Made by a program: the position numbers and the translations under genes. Positions 38,230-50,575 of a stretch of DNA of 64,000 nucleotides are shown here, one piece after another. Source of the stretch: Octopus sinensis. Taxonomy: Eukaryota. The notes beneath the pieces were generated by a model. That model saw only the letters and a list, made by a program, of their open reading frames with translations, made no database searches and was not told the DNA's origin. Location: the NCBI RefSeq assembly GCF_006345805.1, contig NC_043008.1, positions 26,102,001 to 26,166,000 of the forward strand, read 5' to 3'. Each line of letters starts with the position of its first letter. Position 1 is the first letter of the stretch.

Positions 38230-38960
38230 CATGTGTGGGTATTTTCTAAAATATTATCTTAGATTTATGAATATATACAAAACTAAGCATTATAAAACGT
38301 GCCAGTTTGCCAACCCAGTGTCAATCAAAACCATTTGCCATGTGCTCCATAAAGCTGGATATCACATGAGAGCCAATACAATTGCTAATACTTTTTTGTT
38401 CTCCATCAACATAAATAAGCAGAAGAAGTGAGTGGTTGTCTAGATTATCAGTTGTCACTGACACAACAGAACAATGTCCTCTTTTGTCATGTTTCACACA
38501 GCCATATCACAGAATTCTCTTGGCACTTTAGTCATTCTACATGGCAAAGTTAACCCCAACGAATATCTGATTTCTTGGCTGATCATGTCCATCCTGTTGT
38601 GCAAGCATTTCTTTGGTGGTCATACAATCTGACAGAGTGACAATATGTTGATTCACATGGCTAATGCATTTAAAACTGATGCAAAGAGTACAAAAGTGAA
38701 GTAAGCCGCTTAGAGTGGCCATCACAATCAGATTTCACTATAACTGAACATTTATGGTGCATTTTGGAGCAACAAGTGAGGAGCCACTTCCCTAAGCTAT
38801 TGTGACTAAATGAGCTAAAAGCAGTTTAACTTCAAGAATTACTCAAAATCCCCTAAACCGTCTTTCAGAGCCTATACACAAGACAATTCCTTGATATGCT
38901 AAAGCAGTGATTGATGCCAAAGTTGGATCAATTCTGTATTAAATAATATAATTAGCTCTT
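38230..38960 (+). mobile_element. Degraded Tc1-like transposase remnant
   Basis: PVSIKTICHVLHKAGY HTH-like segment and a terminal ..AVIDAK.GS..Y* segment typical of Tc1 C-termini. Confidence 0.55.
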
Positions 38961-41057
38961 AACAAGGTGTTCTCATCCTTATGTCTAGGTCCTGTTTACG
39001 TGTGTACACATAAAAAGTTTCTCGAAATTTTCTAAAATAAGTACACACGCAAATACAAACACACACATACTTTTATGCAAGGAGGATGGAGGAATAAAGT
39101 GGCTTAGAATTTTTTACTCAGCTCTTCAGCCACTTATTTGATCATAGTTCCATGGCTTTTAACACAATGAATTTCACTAACATCACATCCAGAATTATAC
39201 ATGCCAGAGCTGGTTTTACATTCATATTGAATTGATTTTAGAGACTGCACTTCTTGAAATGTTAAAACATTTTAGAAACTTTATTTTGATTTTTTAAAAC
39301 GGACTGAGAAATTCAAAGGGTTGCTTTGGTGCAATAGTAGGATGCCTTTGACTTTTTCTACTAAAAAGGGATTGCCAACCCAATATTTACATTCTTTTAT
39401 ATATAGCATTATGTATTATTAATACAAACATGCACACACACCTTCTCTCTCTCTCACCTCACACACATGAAATAGGCATGTGGAAACTTTTTGGTATTAT
39501 TTATTCTCCATTACATGTGTTTCATTTGGTAATAGGAATAATGAATATTAACATTTTAAATAGCCATGTAAGTAATTTTCCGATTAGAAATTTGTCATAT
39601 AGAGAAAAAAATCTATAATGCAAAAATTAAATTTAGATGAAGTGTTTATATTTGGATATTAATCAAGAGCATTATAAATGATGAAGGAAAGAAAAAGATG
39701 TACACACAGACATGTGAAGACATACACATGTATATATATATATATACATACACAGATGCACATATATATACTAATACATATGCTCATATACACAAAGACA
39801 CACGAATATTCATACATAAAATTATATGCATGCATAGAAATATCAGTGTATTTCTGTTATACAATAACTCTGCAAATAATATCTCTTTAATTCTCAATGT
39901 TAATATGTATTTTGACCAAGATGTAACAACAACCATAGATACATATTGATTGTAATAATGAAATGAACAGATGTGCTGCAAGAGCAAACAGCTGCAGTTT
40001 ACTATAACTACCTATATAATGTATACACACACACCCAATCACACACACACACACCCAATCACACACACACACACACATAGGCACAGGCATGGCTGTGTGG
40101 TAAGAAGCTTGCTTCCGGTGCCGGTCATTAGTTGTTCTTCACTCGCCTGTTGAAGTCGTCATGCTGGTGTGCAGTGGACGAAAGTTGAATTGAAAGACGC
40201 TCTACCGTAAGGTAAGACTTTTTGCTCTTTGAGTCCAGTAGGATTTGTTGCCTGGAGGTTTTATTTTTTGTACAAGCAAGGAGTCCTTACTGGATTCGGA
40301 GCTTTTTGTCTGCCGCTGTGGATTTCTCTGTGGATTATACAAAGGCCAGGAGTACCTTTCAGCCGAAAATTATTTTCTTTGCCATCATTTGAACTCTTCT
40401 TCACATCTATCATTTAGTTTAAAAAAAAATTTATTGAACTGTTATTTTTATTTTTTTTCTTCCCTTCTGTGGTGTCTTTCTTTCTTTTTTTGTGTATCTT
40501 TCTTCATTTGAAGATGATATATATACATATATCATCAACGTCTTCATGTAAAATTTGTTTTCCATGTTGCTATGGATTAGATGATTCTGTAGGAACTGTC
40601 ATGTCAGAAGACTGCACCAATCCCTGCAGACTAGTATGGTTTCTACTTTATATGTATATATAATATATATATAATATATATATATAATATATATATATAT
40701 GTATGTATGTATGTATGCATATATATGTACACACACAATATATATATACACACATAAATAAGAGTATGAGATGACCTTATAGCTTCATCAGGACCCCAAA
40801 GGAGAAATTCACATTGCATCTGATGCTCCAATGAAGCTATAAGGTGTTACCCAGGTACTCACCTATGAGTCCACTACTTCTTATAGCAGAAACAGCTGTA
40901 AACTAATGGAGTTCATAAAATACTTATTTATTCCTTTGTCATCTCATTTTCTTACTACCGCTCTGTACTCAACTAATACTTCATTCTGAAACACACATAT
41001 ATTGAGATCTACAACAGATTATTAGTCTCACAATGCCTAAGTGAGACACTTACATAC

Positions 41058-41111
<54 letters not shown>

Positions 41112-41625
41112 TTTAATGTCTGTCTTCCTTGCTAGCATATATATATATATACACACACACATACATACATACATACATACATACATACATACATACATAC
41201 ATACGCAAACACATACACACATTGTAAAACATAAAATCAGTAGAAACTTGTGGTAGTCTTCATTGGTAAAATTATCTATAAAATTTTGAAGAAAGAAAAT
41301 GAATTTGAATATTTTAATCTAGCATGGTGAGTGATTTTATCTGTTTCAGATTTTTGTCCTTCTTCTCAAAGACCATGTAGAGGGTCTGTCACTTCAGGAG
41401 CTATTGTGCCTGAAATAGATTTTCCTATAACTCCCAGCAAATAAACCCATTGAAATTCTTTTTTATTTTTACAAACATATATATCCATCCATATAGATAT
41501 GTGTGCATATTGTGTGTATGTACACTTGCCTATATATTTACATACACACATATATAAGCATATATATATATATATGTATGTATATATATATATACTTATA
41601 TATGTATGTATGTAAATATATAGGC

Positions 41626-41676
<51 letters not shown>

Positions 41677-42561
41677 TACATATATATATACACATATATA
41701 TATATTCATATATATGCTTTATTTGTATGTGTAGTTCCATGTGTATGTGTGCATGCATACACAATGTATATATGCGCACATATTTATATAATTTTATGTG
41801 TCTATGTGTATTGAAGTACTAATCCATAGAAACATATTCATATACACACACTCAGAAATACATATGAAGGAGTGGGGGGAAAGAGAATGAGAGTCAAGGA
41901 TATCTTGTTTGAATATGTCTATTAGTGTATGGAAACCAGCAGTAAATTACAATACATTCTGTAGATATTCTTATTCGCCTTGCCACCATTTCCCTTTCTT
42001 TCATCCTCTTTTGCCAACCAACCAGTTTCATCTAGTTTCTAAAAAAAAAAAAAAATTACACGAAATTATGAAAAACATTATAAAGAAAAAAAAATCAAAA
42101 ATTATCTACTCAAAGCTATTGTTATACTTTGGCATCTGTCCCATCAAGTCATAATTCTCTTCCTGTGGCATACTTAAAACCAAAATAATCAATACAGAAA
42201 ATAAAATAAATTCAAGCTTGGTGCTAAACAATTATTTTTTATTTTTTTTGTCTACCCCACCTCCTCATCCACTGCCATTCTCCTCTCTGTTTTTATTTCT
42301 TTCTATATTTCATTACAAATAATTTCTGTTTCTTTATTTCTCGCAATACAAAAGAATACATATTCTCAATTTAATTTTTTATCATTTTTTTAAATTTGGC
42401 TTTTGTATTTTATTTATTTATTATTTTTTTTTGTATTTTGGTACTTCTAACAAACAAAAGCTTATCATGGAAATCTATAAATGGCCACAGCAGACGTAAT
42501 AAAGAATTTACATATAGTAAATAGCAGAGAACGATGGAGAGAGAGAGAGAGGGAGAGAGTG

Positions 42562-42613
<52 letters not shown>

Positions 42614-42623
42614 GGAGAGAGTG

Positions 42624-42679
<56 letters not shown>

Positions 42680-43269
42680 TAGGAAAATGGAGAGAAGACA
42701 GTTTAGAATACATATAAAATTTGTTATATATTTCAATAGATGTAAGAATTCTGATCCATGAAAATTTTAATATAAAACTATTAGAGCAGGAGTCAGAAGA
42801 ATGTATACCATTATATATTATACACACACACACACACACACACACATGCACTTTGTTGGTGTATCCCCTGCAAACATTGTTCTCCATCCACATTCTACTA
42901 AGTGCATAATGCAAGTATTTATGTGTGTGTGTGTGTGCACGCACGCACATGTGTATGTGCTTGTATGTATGTGTTTGTATATAGATAAAGGTATATTTTC
43001 ATGATGCAAATCAAAATACCTTTCCATTCTCATGTTCGTTTATGTAACAGAAATTGCACAACATTGAAATGGGTGCTATTAAGAATGGATAAAGTTTCTA
43101 AAATATACAAAATACAAATCGAAAACAGAATATTGAGGTCAGTTATTGGTATATATTTGATATGAAATGTATGTAAAATGTTTGCTCAGACTTACTTTCT
43201 TTCAAATGGACATCATGTTTCACACCTGCCATCAAACTCTTCTCTTTTCCTCCCAGGTCTTTAATATCA

Positions 43270-43800
43270 GTGCAATAAAGTCTGGAAAGTCTTTAGAAAT
43301 GTTGAAGGGGAGGCAGGTAGATACGTACTATGTACAAGATGCAAGCATGAAGGGAGATTTAGCCAAAGTCCCCACATGCAATGGGGCATTTCTCTGAATG
43401 AGGAGGTGGGTCGAGGAGGCACATGTTGGCAGATAAATGGATAAAGTAATAAAGACAATCAGAATATGTTATAGAATAGTTAAACTTTCACTAATATGGA
43501 TAATAAAACTGCAGCATTTAAGCCTTTAAACACACATTTCTTAGGGCTGGCAGATGAATAGAAGAATTATGATGACCTCTTGTAGAACATGTTGAAAATG
43601 AATGGCAGTGACGTTATTATCATGACTGGTGACTTTAATAGACACCTTTGTCAATGCCATGTTGAATAAAGCAGGATACAATCATAAAGATAGAGGATGG
43701 AAAGCTTCTGGAGTTCTAAGGAGCAAAAGACAACCATTTGCCACACTAATTTCAGGATTATAGGGCAGCAAACTTCCAGTGATCTGCTCAGATATCAGTC
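43270..43800 (+). mobile_element. Possible RTE APE-endonuclease fragment
   Basis: LEMLKGRQVDTYYVQDASMKG resembles the N-terminal (D-x-x-x-x-QE) motif of RTE endonucleases. Very degraded. Confidence 0.4.
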
Positions 43801-44347
43801 AGGTGGGAATTCAAACTAAATGATCTTCATACTCACCAGGCAACAAGATGGAAAACTGATGGTGAACACTAAGTCATTATACAAATGTTATCATGTATAT
43901 GTTCTATCTTGGTATAAAAGATGGGCTACAGCAAATATTCTGCTCAATACCACAGATTTGCTTGTCAGTTGATTGACCTTAATCAGTTAAAAAAGTCCCT
44001 TAGTGGCTGATGACATGTGCATCTCTGATCGCGAACAGAAGTAGTGGAGGAGTATCATAGCCATGTGTTGAGAGGACTTCTTTGGAGTTTGAAGAATTCA
44101 CCTCGGGAAACATGGGTTTCCTTCATCATCCTTAAATAAACCTTATTCAAGGACCTTTTGAGTAGGATGAGCAACTCAGCCTGAATAAAATTCTAACTGG
44201 GTCAGGCACTGTTTATCATGATATAAGATCACCGTGTCATGCACATATGGTTGTGGTACCTGGTGTACTCTTATCAGGTGGGTAGTCATGATGGGTGTAT
44301 TGGGCTTCGTATAGTATTACTTAGATGGCAAGCACTGCTCTCTCACT

Positions 44348-44358
44348 CAATAATAATA

Positions 44359-44409
<51 letters not shown>

Positions 44410-44450
44410 TAATAATAATAATAATAATGATAATAATAATAATAATAATG

Positions 44451-44488
<38 letters not shown>
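44348..44488. repeat. (ATA)n microsatellite, probably the tail of an upstream interspersed repeat (~43880-44347)
   Basis: Directly visible trinucleotide array. Confidence 0.9.
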
Positions 44489-46529
44489 CCTTTCTATAAA
44501 AGCACAAGGCCTGAAATTTTTGGGGAAGGGACTAATCTATTATACCAACCCATCATTCAACAGGTACTTATTTTATTGACCCCAATTGGATAAAAAGCGA
44601 AGTCAACCTTGGTGGAGATTTTATATATATCTATGCCTCATAGAAATAGACAGACATTTATGTATTGTCTCCAAAACCACAAACAATTATTCAGTAGTAC
44701 ATTTTCAGAATGAGATGTAGAAGATTTGTAATTAACCCACAAGAACTGGACTTGTAAAAGAAGTTAAAATAACATTGTTAAAAAGGAAAAATAAAGAAAA
44801 CATTCCTGTGTAAAGAAAAGAATGTGGAAGTATATATCTTGTTAGTGTTTAATGACAATGTTTTATATAGGTTGTTTTGATAAAGGAAATTGCTTTGTGA
44901 TAATATCGGTTTCGAAGAAAAGATTTATGGTTATGGCAATGTTAATTCATAAGTCAAAGTCAATAAATAAAATAAAAAAAGAAAAACAATATTTTTGTTT
45001 AATTAAAAGTGGGGTAATCGTTTGGTAGATATATAGAGAATGATGTTGAGGAGCATTACAGGAGAAAGACATCTTGTATAATATTTGTTCTGAATTATGA
45101 ATATATAAACGACACAAAAGAAATAAAGTTTAGCGGTTATTCTACCCATGCGCTAGACAAAAGAATGTGACAGTAGTAATGTTTGATTTATATATATATA
45201 TATATATATATATTGTTGCATCAATTGTTGTCTGCTTGTCTTGAAACAAATTGGATGTTTATCGATGAATTATTGTTCCAGATTTTCACAAAAATCCATG
45301 AGGGAAAAAAAACTCTTGACCAAGTTCTCCTTAATATAAAAGGGCTGAAGCAAAGAAGATCAAAAGGTAACAGAATGAGTGACTTACGGAAACAAGATCA
45401 GTTTACGGTATCAAATGAATTTCTTTGTTCCTTTAATTTCTCATTAATTTTGCTCAGTCTCTTAAGTGTTCCCCCTCTCTCTCTGTTTCACTCTAATTTT
45501 CTTTTTCTTACATCCTTTCTCTTCATTTTTTCTTTCTCTCTTCATTATCTCTCTCCCCACTCTCTCTCATACATACTTTTTCACTCATTTCACACAGTAT
45601 AGATCAGAACGCTGAGTGTATTTAAAAATCACACGTTTGATAAGTTTGATATGTAGTAGTTTAAAATATCATGGAAGATAGAAAGTAATCTATTTAGTTT
45701 TTTTCACATCTAAGATTGTTAAAATTTGTAAAATACTCAAATATTATGCTCGATGAATTAGGCTTGTTTTTTTATCATCTTGGAAACACATGAACACACA
45801 CACACACTTACACACACACACACACACACACACACTGAACAGAAGTGCTGTCGTTGGAAGTTAGAATATGATAAATGTTACATATTCAAATTTAGAAAAT
45901 TCTTGCATATTTTTGCAGTTCTTACAAATTGTAATTTAATGTACATGTGACCAGGTCTCTTTTTTGTCAGATTTCCCAGATTGTCACTTAGACATTTACT
46001 AACCAAGTATACCAATAAACTATTGGGATAAATATCAATTTATGGACAGCATAGGTTTTGGAGCAGTCCTCCACAAGTATCTTCCTTCACACTGGGATTG
46101 GAAAAGATATTCACAACTGCACAATTAGGCATAACTTTTTTTCCCCTTTCTCTCCTAAGTAACTAGATCAGTCATGTTGTGTTTGCACTCAGTAGAAGTT
46201 CCACTAATATTCATTGGGCTAATATGAATGCATATATAGAACAATAAGGATGTTTATATTCATCCCAGGACAGTCTTTTTTATGTCTTCCACAAAAACCT
46301 GACATAGTTGACATTTATGGTTGAATCTTGAGAGTTTAAGAGCTCCATTTTCTTGTTGTTCATTGAATGTATTGCATCTACTCTTGGATAGCAAAAGCTT
46401 ACTGTTCAAGATGTGATATGAATTAAAGATCACAAGTCCAAGACAGGTAACAGTTCATGTTAATATCTTTCCCAAATTTGGAGTTCATTACCAACTGGTA
46501 AGATGTTGGTAATGTTGTTTAAAGGCAAT

Positions 46530-47440
46530 TTCTCTTGCTGCTACCTTTGCACTCGACTCTAAGTGCAAGGGGAGCAGCAAAAGAAATTTATGATGTCAAA
46601 GGCCCAGAACCTGTCAATGAAAGCATGACACAGAATGGGTTCAGACATTTCAAGGAAGGTGACACCAGTCCGGAAAACGAACCAAGGTCAGGGAGACTTT
46701 CTGTTGCAGAAGATGAGGTCTTGCTTGAAATGGTTGAACAAGATACGAGTACTAGCACTCATACATGGTCGACAGAACTTGGTCCTTCACAAAGCACCAT
46801 CAATCAACACCTCTATAAGCTGGACCATGTGACCAGACATTGTCAAGAAGTTCCTCTTGAACTGGCCAATGACCAGACTCAACGACGTGAGAAGATTTGC
46901 AAATAACTGCTGGCAAATCCTCAAGTTGCTTGTTTCTGGTGTTGAATCGAAAATGGGGAGGAAAAATGGATCTATTTTCGTAATCTAAATAAGAGAAGTC
47001 AGTGGCTTCATTCTGGGTTGGCTTTAGAACCTGTTGACAAAGCAAGATGGTTTGAACAAAATGTCCTGTTGTGCATTTGGTGGAAATTGAAGGGAGTGTT
47101 GCACTTTGAGCTGTCCCAGATGGTCGTGATGGGAATACTAATCTTTATGATCAACAACTGCAGCGAGTAAATCATGCTTTGAAAGCCTGTTATCCGGCAT
47201 TAGTCAATCGAAACACACACACACTCTGACACCATAACAATGCCCCAGCATACACTGCCAATGTGACCAAATGCAAAGTTGAGGAACTTCTGGGGCTGGA
47301 AGTGCTCCCTTCAATCCAGATATTGCACCTCCAGATTACTACCTTTTCCAAGCCAAGGCTATTTCCTGCATGGGCAAAATTTCTATAAAGTTTCCGACAA
47401 GCAAGTGGTCACTTTCTTCAATTGGCTACTTTCTTTTTCA
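46530..47440 (+). mobile_element. Mariner transposon remnant
   Basis: ORF 46535..46906 (F.HFKEGD.S.ENEPRSGR..V..DE.L..MVE.D), followed by degraded catalytic-domain sequence. Confidence 0.8.
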
Positions 47441-48229
47441 TATGAAACGACCCTTGTCTGCGTGTGTATAGATCATGGTGTATTTCTACATGTAGGCACA
47501 TGTGGGTACATACATACATGCACAGGCAAAACAGGTGCAGAGTGTTTTTTTGCCTCTAGATCTGCCAAATAGTCAAAGCGTGGAGTTGGGTTTCTAGTGT
47601 TATGATGACAAGAGACAATAGAATATGATGGGATATATTTTGATGAAATATATATATAGAACTGGTGAAAAAAACTGAGGGTCACATAACTAGTGAAAAA
47701 GTAAGTTAAGTTGTAAGCAAGTGTAGAGGAGTTAAAAGGAAGAGAGTATTTTAAAAATACTTTTACATGATAGGGGCCAGAGGATGGTAAATTGGTAAAA
47801 TCTAGTGGTAAATTATGCAAAGCAAAACAACTAAAAAAGAGTAAAATTGCAACGGGAACTCTTTTGATTGGAGGGCGAAGCAAAGCAGAGGTAACATAAT
47901 GAGAAGAGTGTGTGTGAAGTGAGCTATAAAATCGGTGGCAAGTGCTAAATACAGACAAGCAAAGCAGAAAGATTAAATACAGTTGTTAAATAAAGTGGGA
48001 GTGGCAGGATAAAAATGTTATGTGAGTGAGAAAACGTGTGTGTGCGTGTGTAACTACAATGCATTCATGTGCGGTTGTGTGTTTATAGGTGAATGTATGC
48101 ATGTAATTAGGGGAAAGGGGATGAAGGATGCAGGCATACTTGTAGGAAGGAATGGATGGAAGATGGCAAGATCAGATTGAAGGCAATGGAAGATGGTGCA
48201 TTGTTAAGGGCAGGTTAGTAGGGTAGAAG

Positions 48230-50020
48230 ACAAGATGAAATAACATTCTGGACACAGAGCATTACGGCTGAAGTGCATTACGGATTAAAGACATGAAAAT
48301 CCCCTGGCCCATCAGGAATCACTGCTGAGATGCATAAAATATCTGGATGTCTAGTCACCCATATTGTAAATCAAGTGGTTCATAAAGAAGTCAAACCCAA
48401 TGACTGGTGTAGCAGTGCCTTGGTCAACTGCTACAAAGGTAAAGGTGATGCCTTCGATAAAAATAATTACAGAGATATTAAATTGTTGGACCAGGTGATG
48501 AAAGTTACAGAGTGAATCATAGCCCAATTAATTAGGGAGAGAGTTAGCCTAGATGAGATGCAGTTTTGTTTTGCGCCAGGGAGAAGCATCACTGGTGCTA
48601 TGTCTGGTAAGGCAGCTGCAGGAGAAATACATAGCCAAAGATGAACTTTGTACTTGGTCTTTGTTGACTTGGAGAAAGCCTATGATAGGGTGACCCGATC
48701 CTTATCTAGTAGTCAATATGGAAACTAGGAATAGAGGAGTGGTTGGTGAAAGCTGCACAAGCTATATATAGGGATGCAACCCGTAAGGTGAGGATTGGTA
48801 ATGAGTACAGTGAAGAATTCAGGGTAGAAGTAGGGATTGACCAAGGATCGGTATTTAGCCCCCTCTTGTTCATCATAGTCCTCCAAACAATAACAGAGGA
48901 ATTCAGCTGCCTCTGGGAGCACTTCTATCCTGATGACCTTGTTATAGCTGAATCACTACCTGAACTATAGAAGTTACAGGTATGGAAACACAGTCTAGAA
49001 TCAAAGGGTGTTAGAGTAAATCAAGCAAATTCCAAAATCTTAGTAAGTAGGAAGGCAGACAAATCACAAATCACTTCCGGGGGGGGGGCAGCTAGAGGTA
49101 GTAGATAGTTTCTGTTATTTAGGCAACCAAGTTAGTAGTGGAGGTGGTATCTCTGAGAGCATGGCTGGGAGAATAAGATTAGGCTTGGCAAATTTCAGAG
49201 AGCTCCTATCCCTGCTTGCAATAGAGGGCCTCCCTCTCAGAGTGAAAGGTAGATAGTTTGATGTCCATAAATGAACTGCTATGCTATACATTAGTGAAAC
49301 ATGGGCTATAACAAGCGAGGACATGCGTATGCTTGAGAGAAATGAAACCAGTATACTTTGTTGAATATGCAGTGCCAGTGTGCATGTGCGTCAGAGTGTA
49401 AGCATCTTGAGAAAAAAGTTAGGCATAAGAGGCATCAAATGTGGTGTGCAAGAGAGACGACTGTACTGGTATGGTAATATAATGTGTATGAATGAGGACA
49501 GCTGTATAAAGAAGTGCTGATCATTAACTGTGGAGAGGACCTGTGGTAGAGACATGACACAAAGTGATGACACATAACCTTTGAGCCTCACAGAGGCAAT
49601 GACTAGTGACTAAGACCTTTGGAGATGTGCTGTGCTTGACAGGACATATCAAGCCAAGTTTAACCTTACTGGTGGCACATAAATAACACCTTTCGGAGGA
49701 GGGCCTCATGGAGGCAATGAACAAGACCTTTGGCATTATGTCATGCTTGAGAAGAAGACCCATGAAACAGAGCAAAATCACAGCCATGACACATACTGGT
49801 GTCATGCAAATTGGTACCCATACTGGTAGCACATAAAAGCACCTGGTGTCATGCAAATGGCACCTGTGCAAGTAGCACGTAAAAGCATTCATTACACTCT
49901 CACAGTAGTTAGCATTAGGAAGGGCATCCAGCTGTAGAAAATCATGCCAAATTAGACTGGAATCTTGTGAAGCCTTCCAGCCTGCCTTCCTGGTCAAACC
50001 ATCCAACCCATGCCAGCATG
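48230..50020 (+). mobile_element. Degraded RTE LINE (RT through 3' tail)
   Basis: PNDWCSSALVNCYKGKGDA.D.NNYR.IKLLDQVMKV and GIDQGSVFSPLLFIIVLQ, with RTE tail motifs near 49900-50020. Confidence 0.88.
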
Positions 50021-50521
50021 GTGATAATGATTTCTCTTATAAGTTTGACAAAGGATGTCGAGTTTAACCCTAGATGTTAAGAGCTGCTGATGAGAATTAA
50101 GGTACTCTACACCAAAATTCAAAATCGCGACGAGGCTATATATGCTAGGGACATGCCTCCCTTTGTAAGTAATTAAATATAGTGCTTTAGTGGCTTTGGC
50201 ATTTATTTAACTCTGACTTTAGCATATGCAGTTCTAGTCAGACCCCTCCATCACTTTTGTGACATCTGTTAATTTTGCTTTAGGTAAACCGTTGCTTACA
50301 CGTTTACCATTTTGAAAATCAGCATATGATTTCAATGGACTTTCTTATAAGATTGACAAAGGAAGGTAAGTTTAACCTTAGGGACTTGCCTTCTTTTTAA
50401 GTCATTAAGTATAGTGCTTTAGTGGCTTTGGAGTTAATTTAACTGTTTAAATTTTGCCTTTGTGTTTATATATATATGTATATATTTATGTTTATATATA
50501 TATATATATATATATTTATGT

Positions 50522-50574
<53 letters not shown>

Positions 50575-50575
<1 letters not shown>

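Noticed and set aside
40540-41445. Plus-strand exon-like peptides (CCYGLDDSVGTVMSEDCTNPCRL; FCPSSQRPCRGSVTSG...)
   Set aside because: They could not be linked into a consistent gene model, and alternative frames and strands are equally open.
41041-43033. Many ORFs rich in YI/HT/CV/SL dipeptides (also near 5029, 7027, 10506, 26816, 29224, 31810, 36470, 39678, 59834, 61654)
   Set aside because: These are translations of (TA)n, (CA)n and (GA)n microsatellites.
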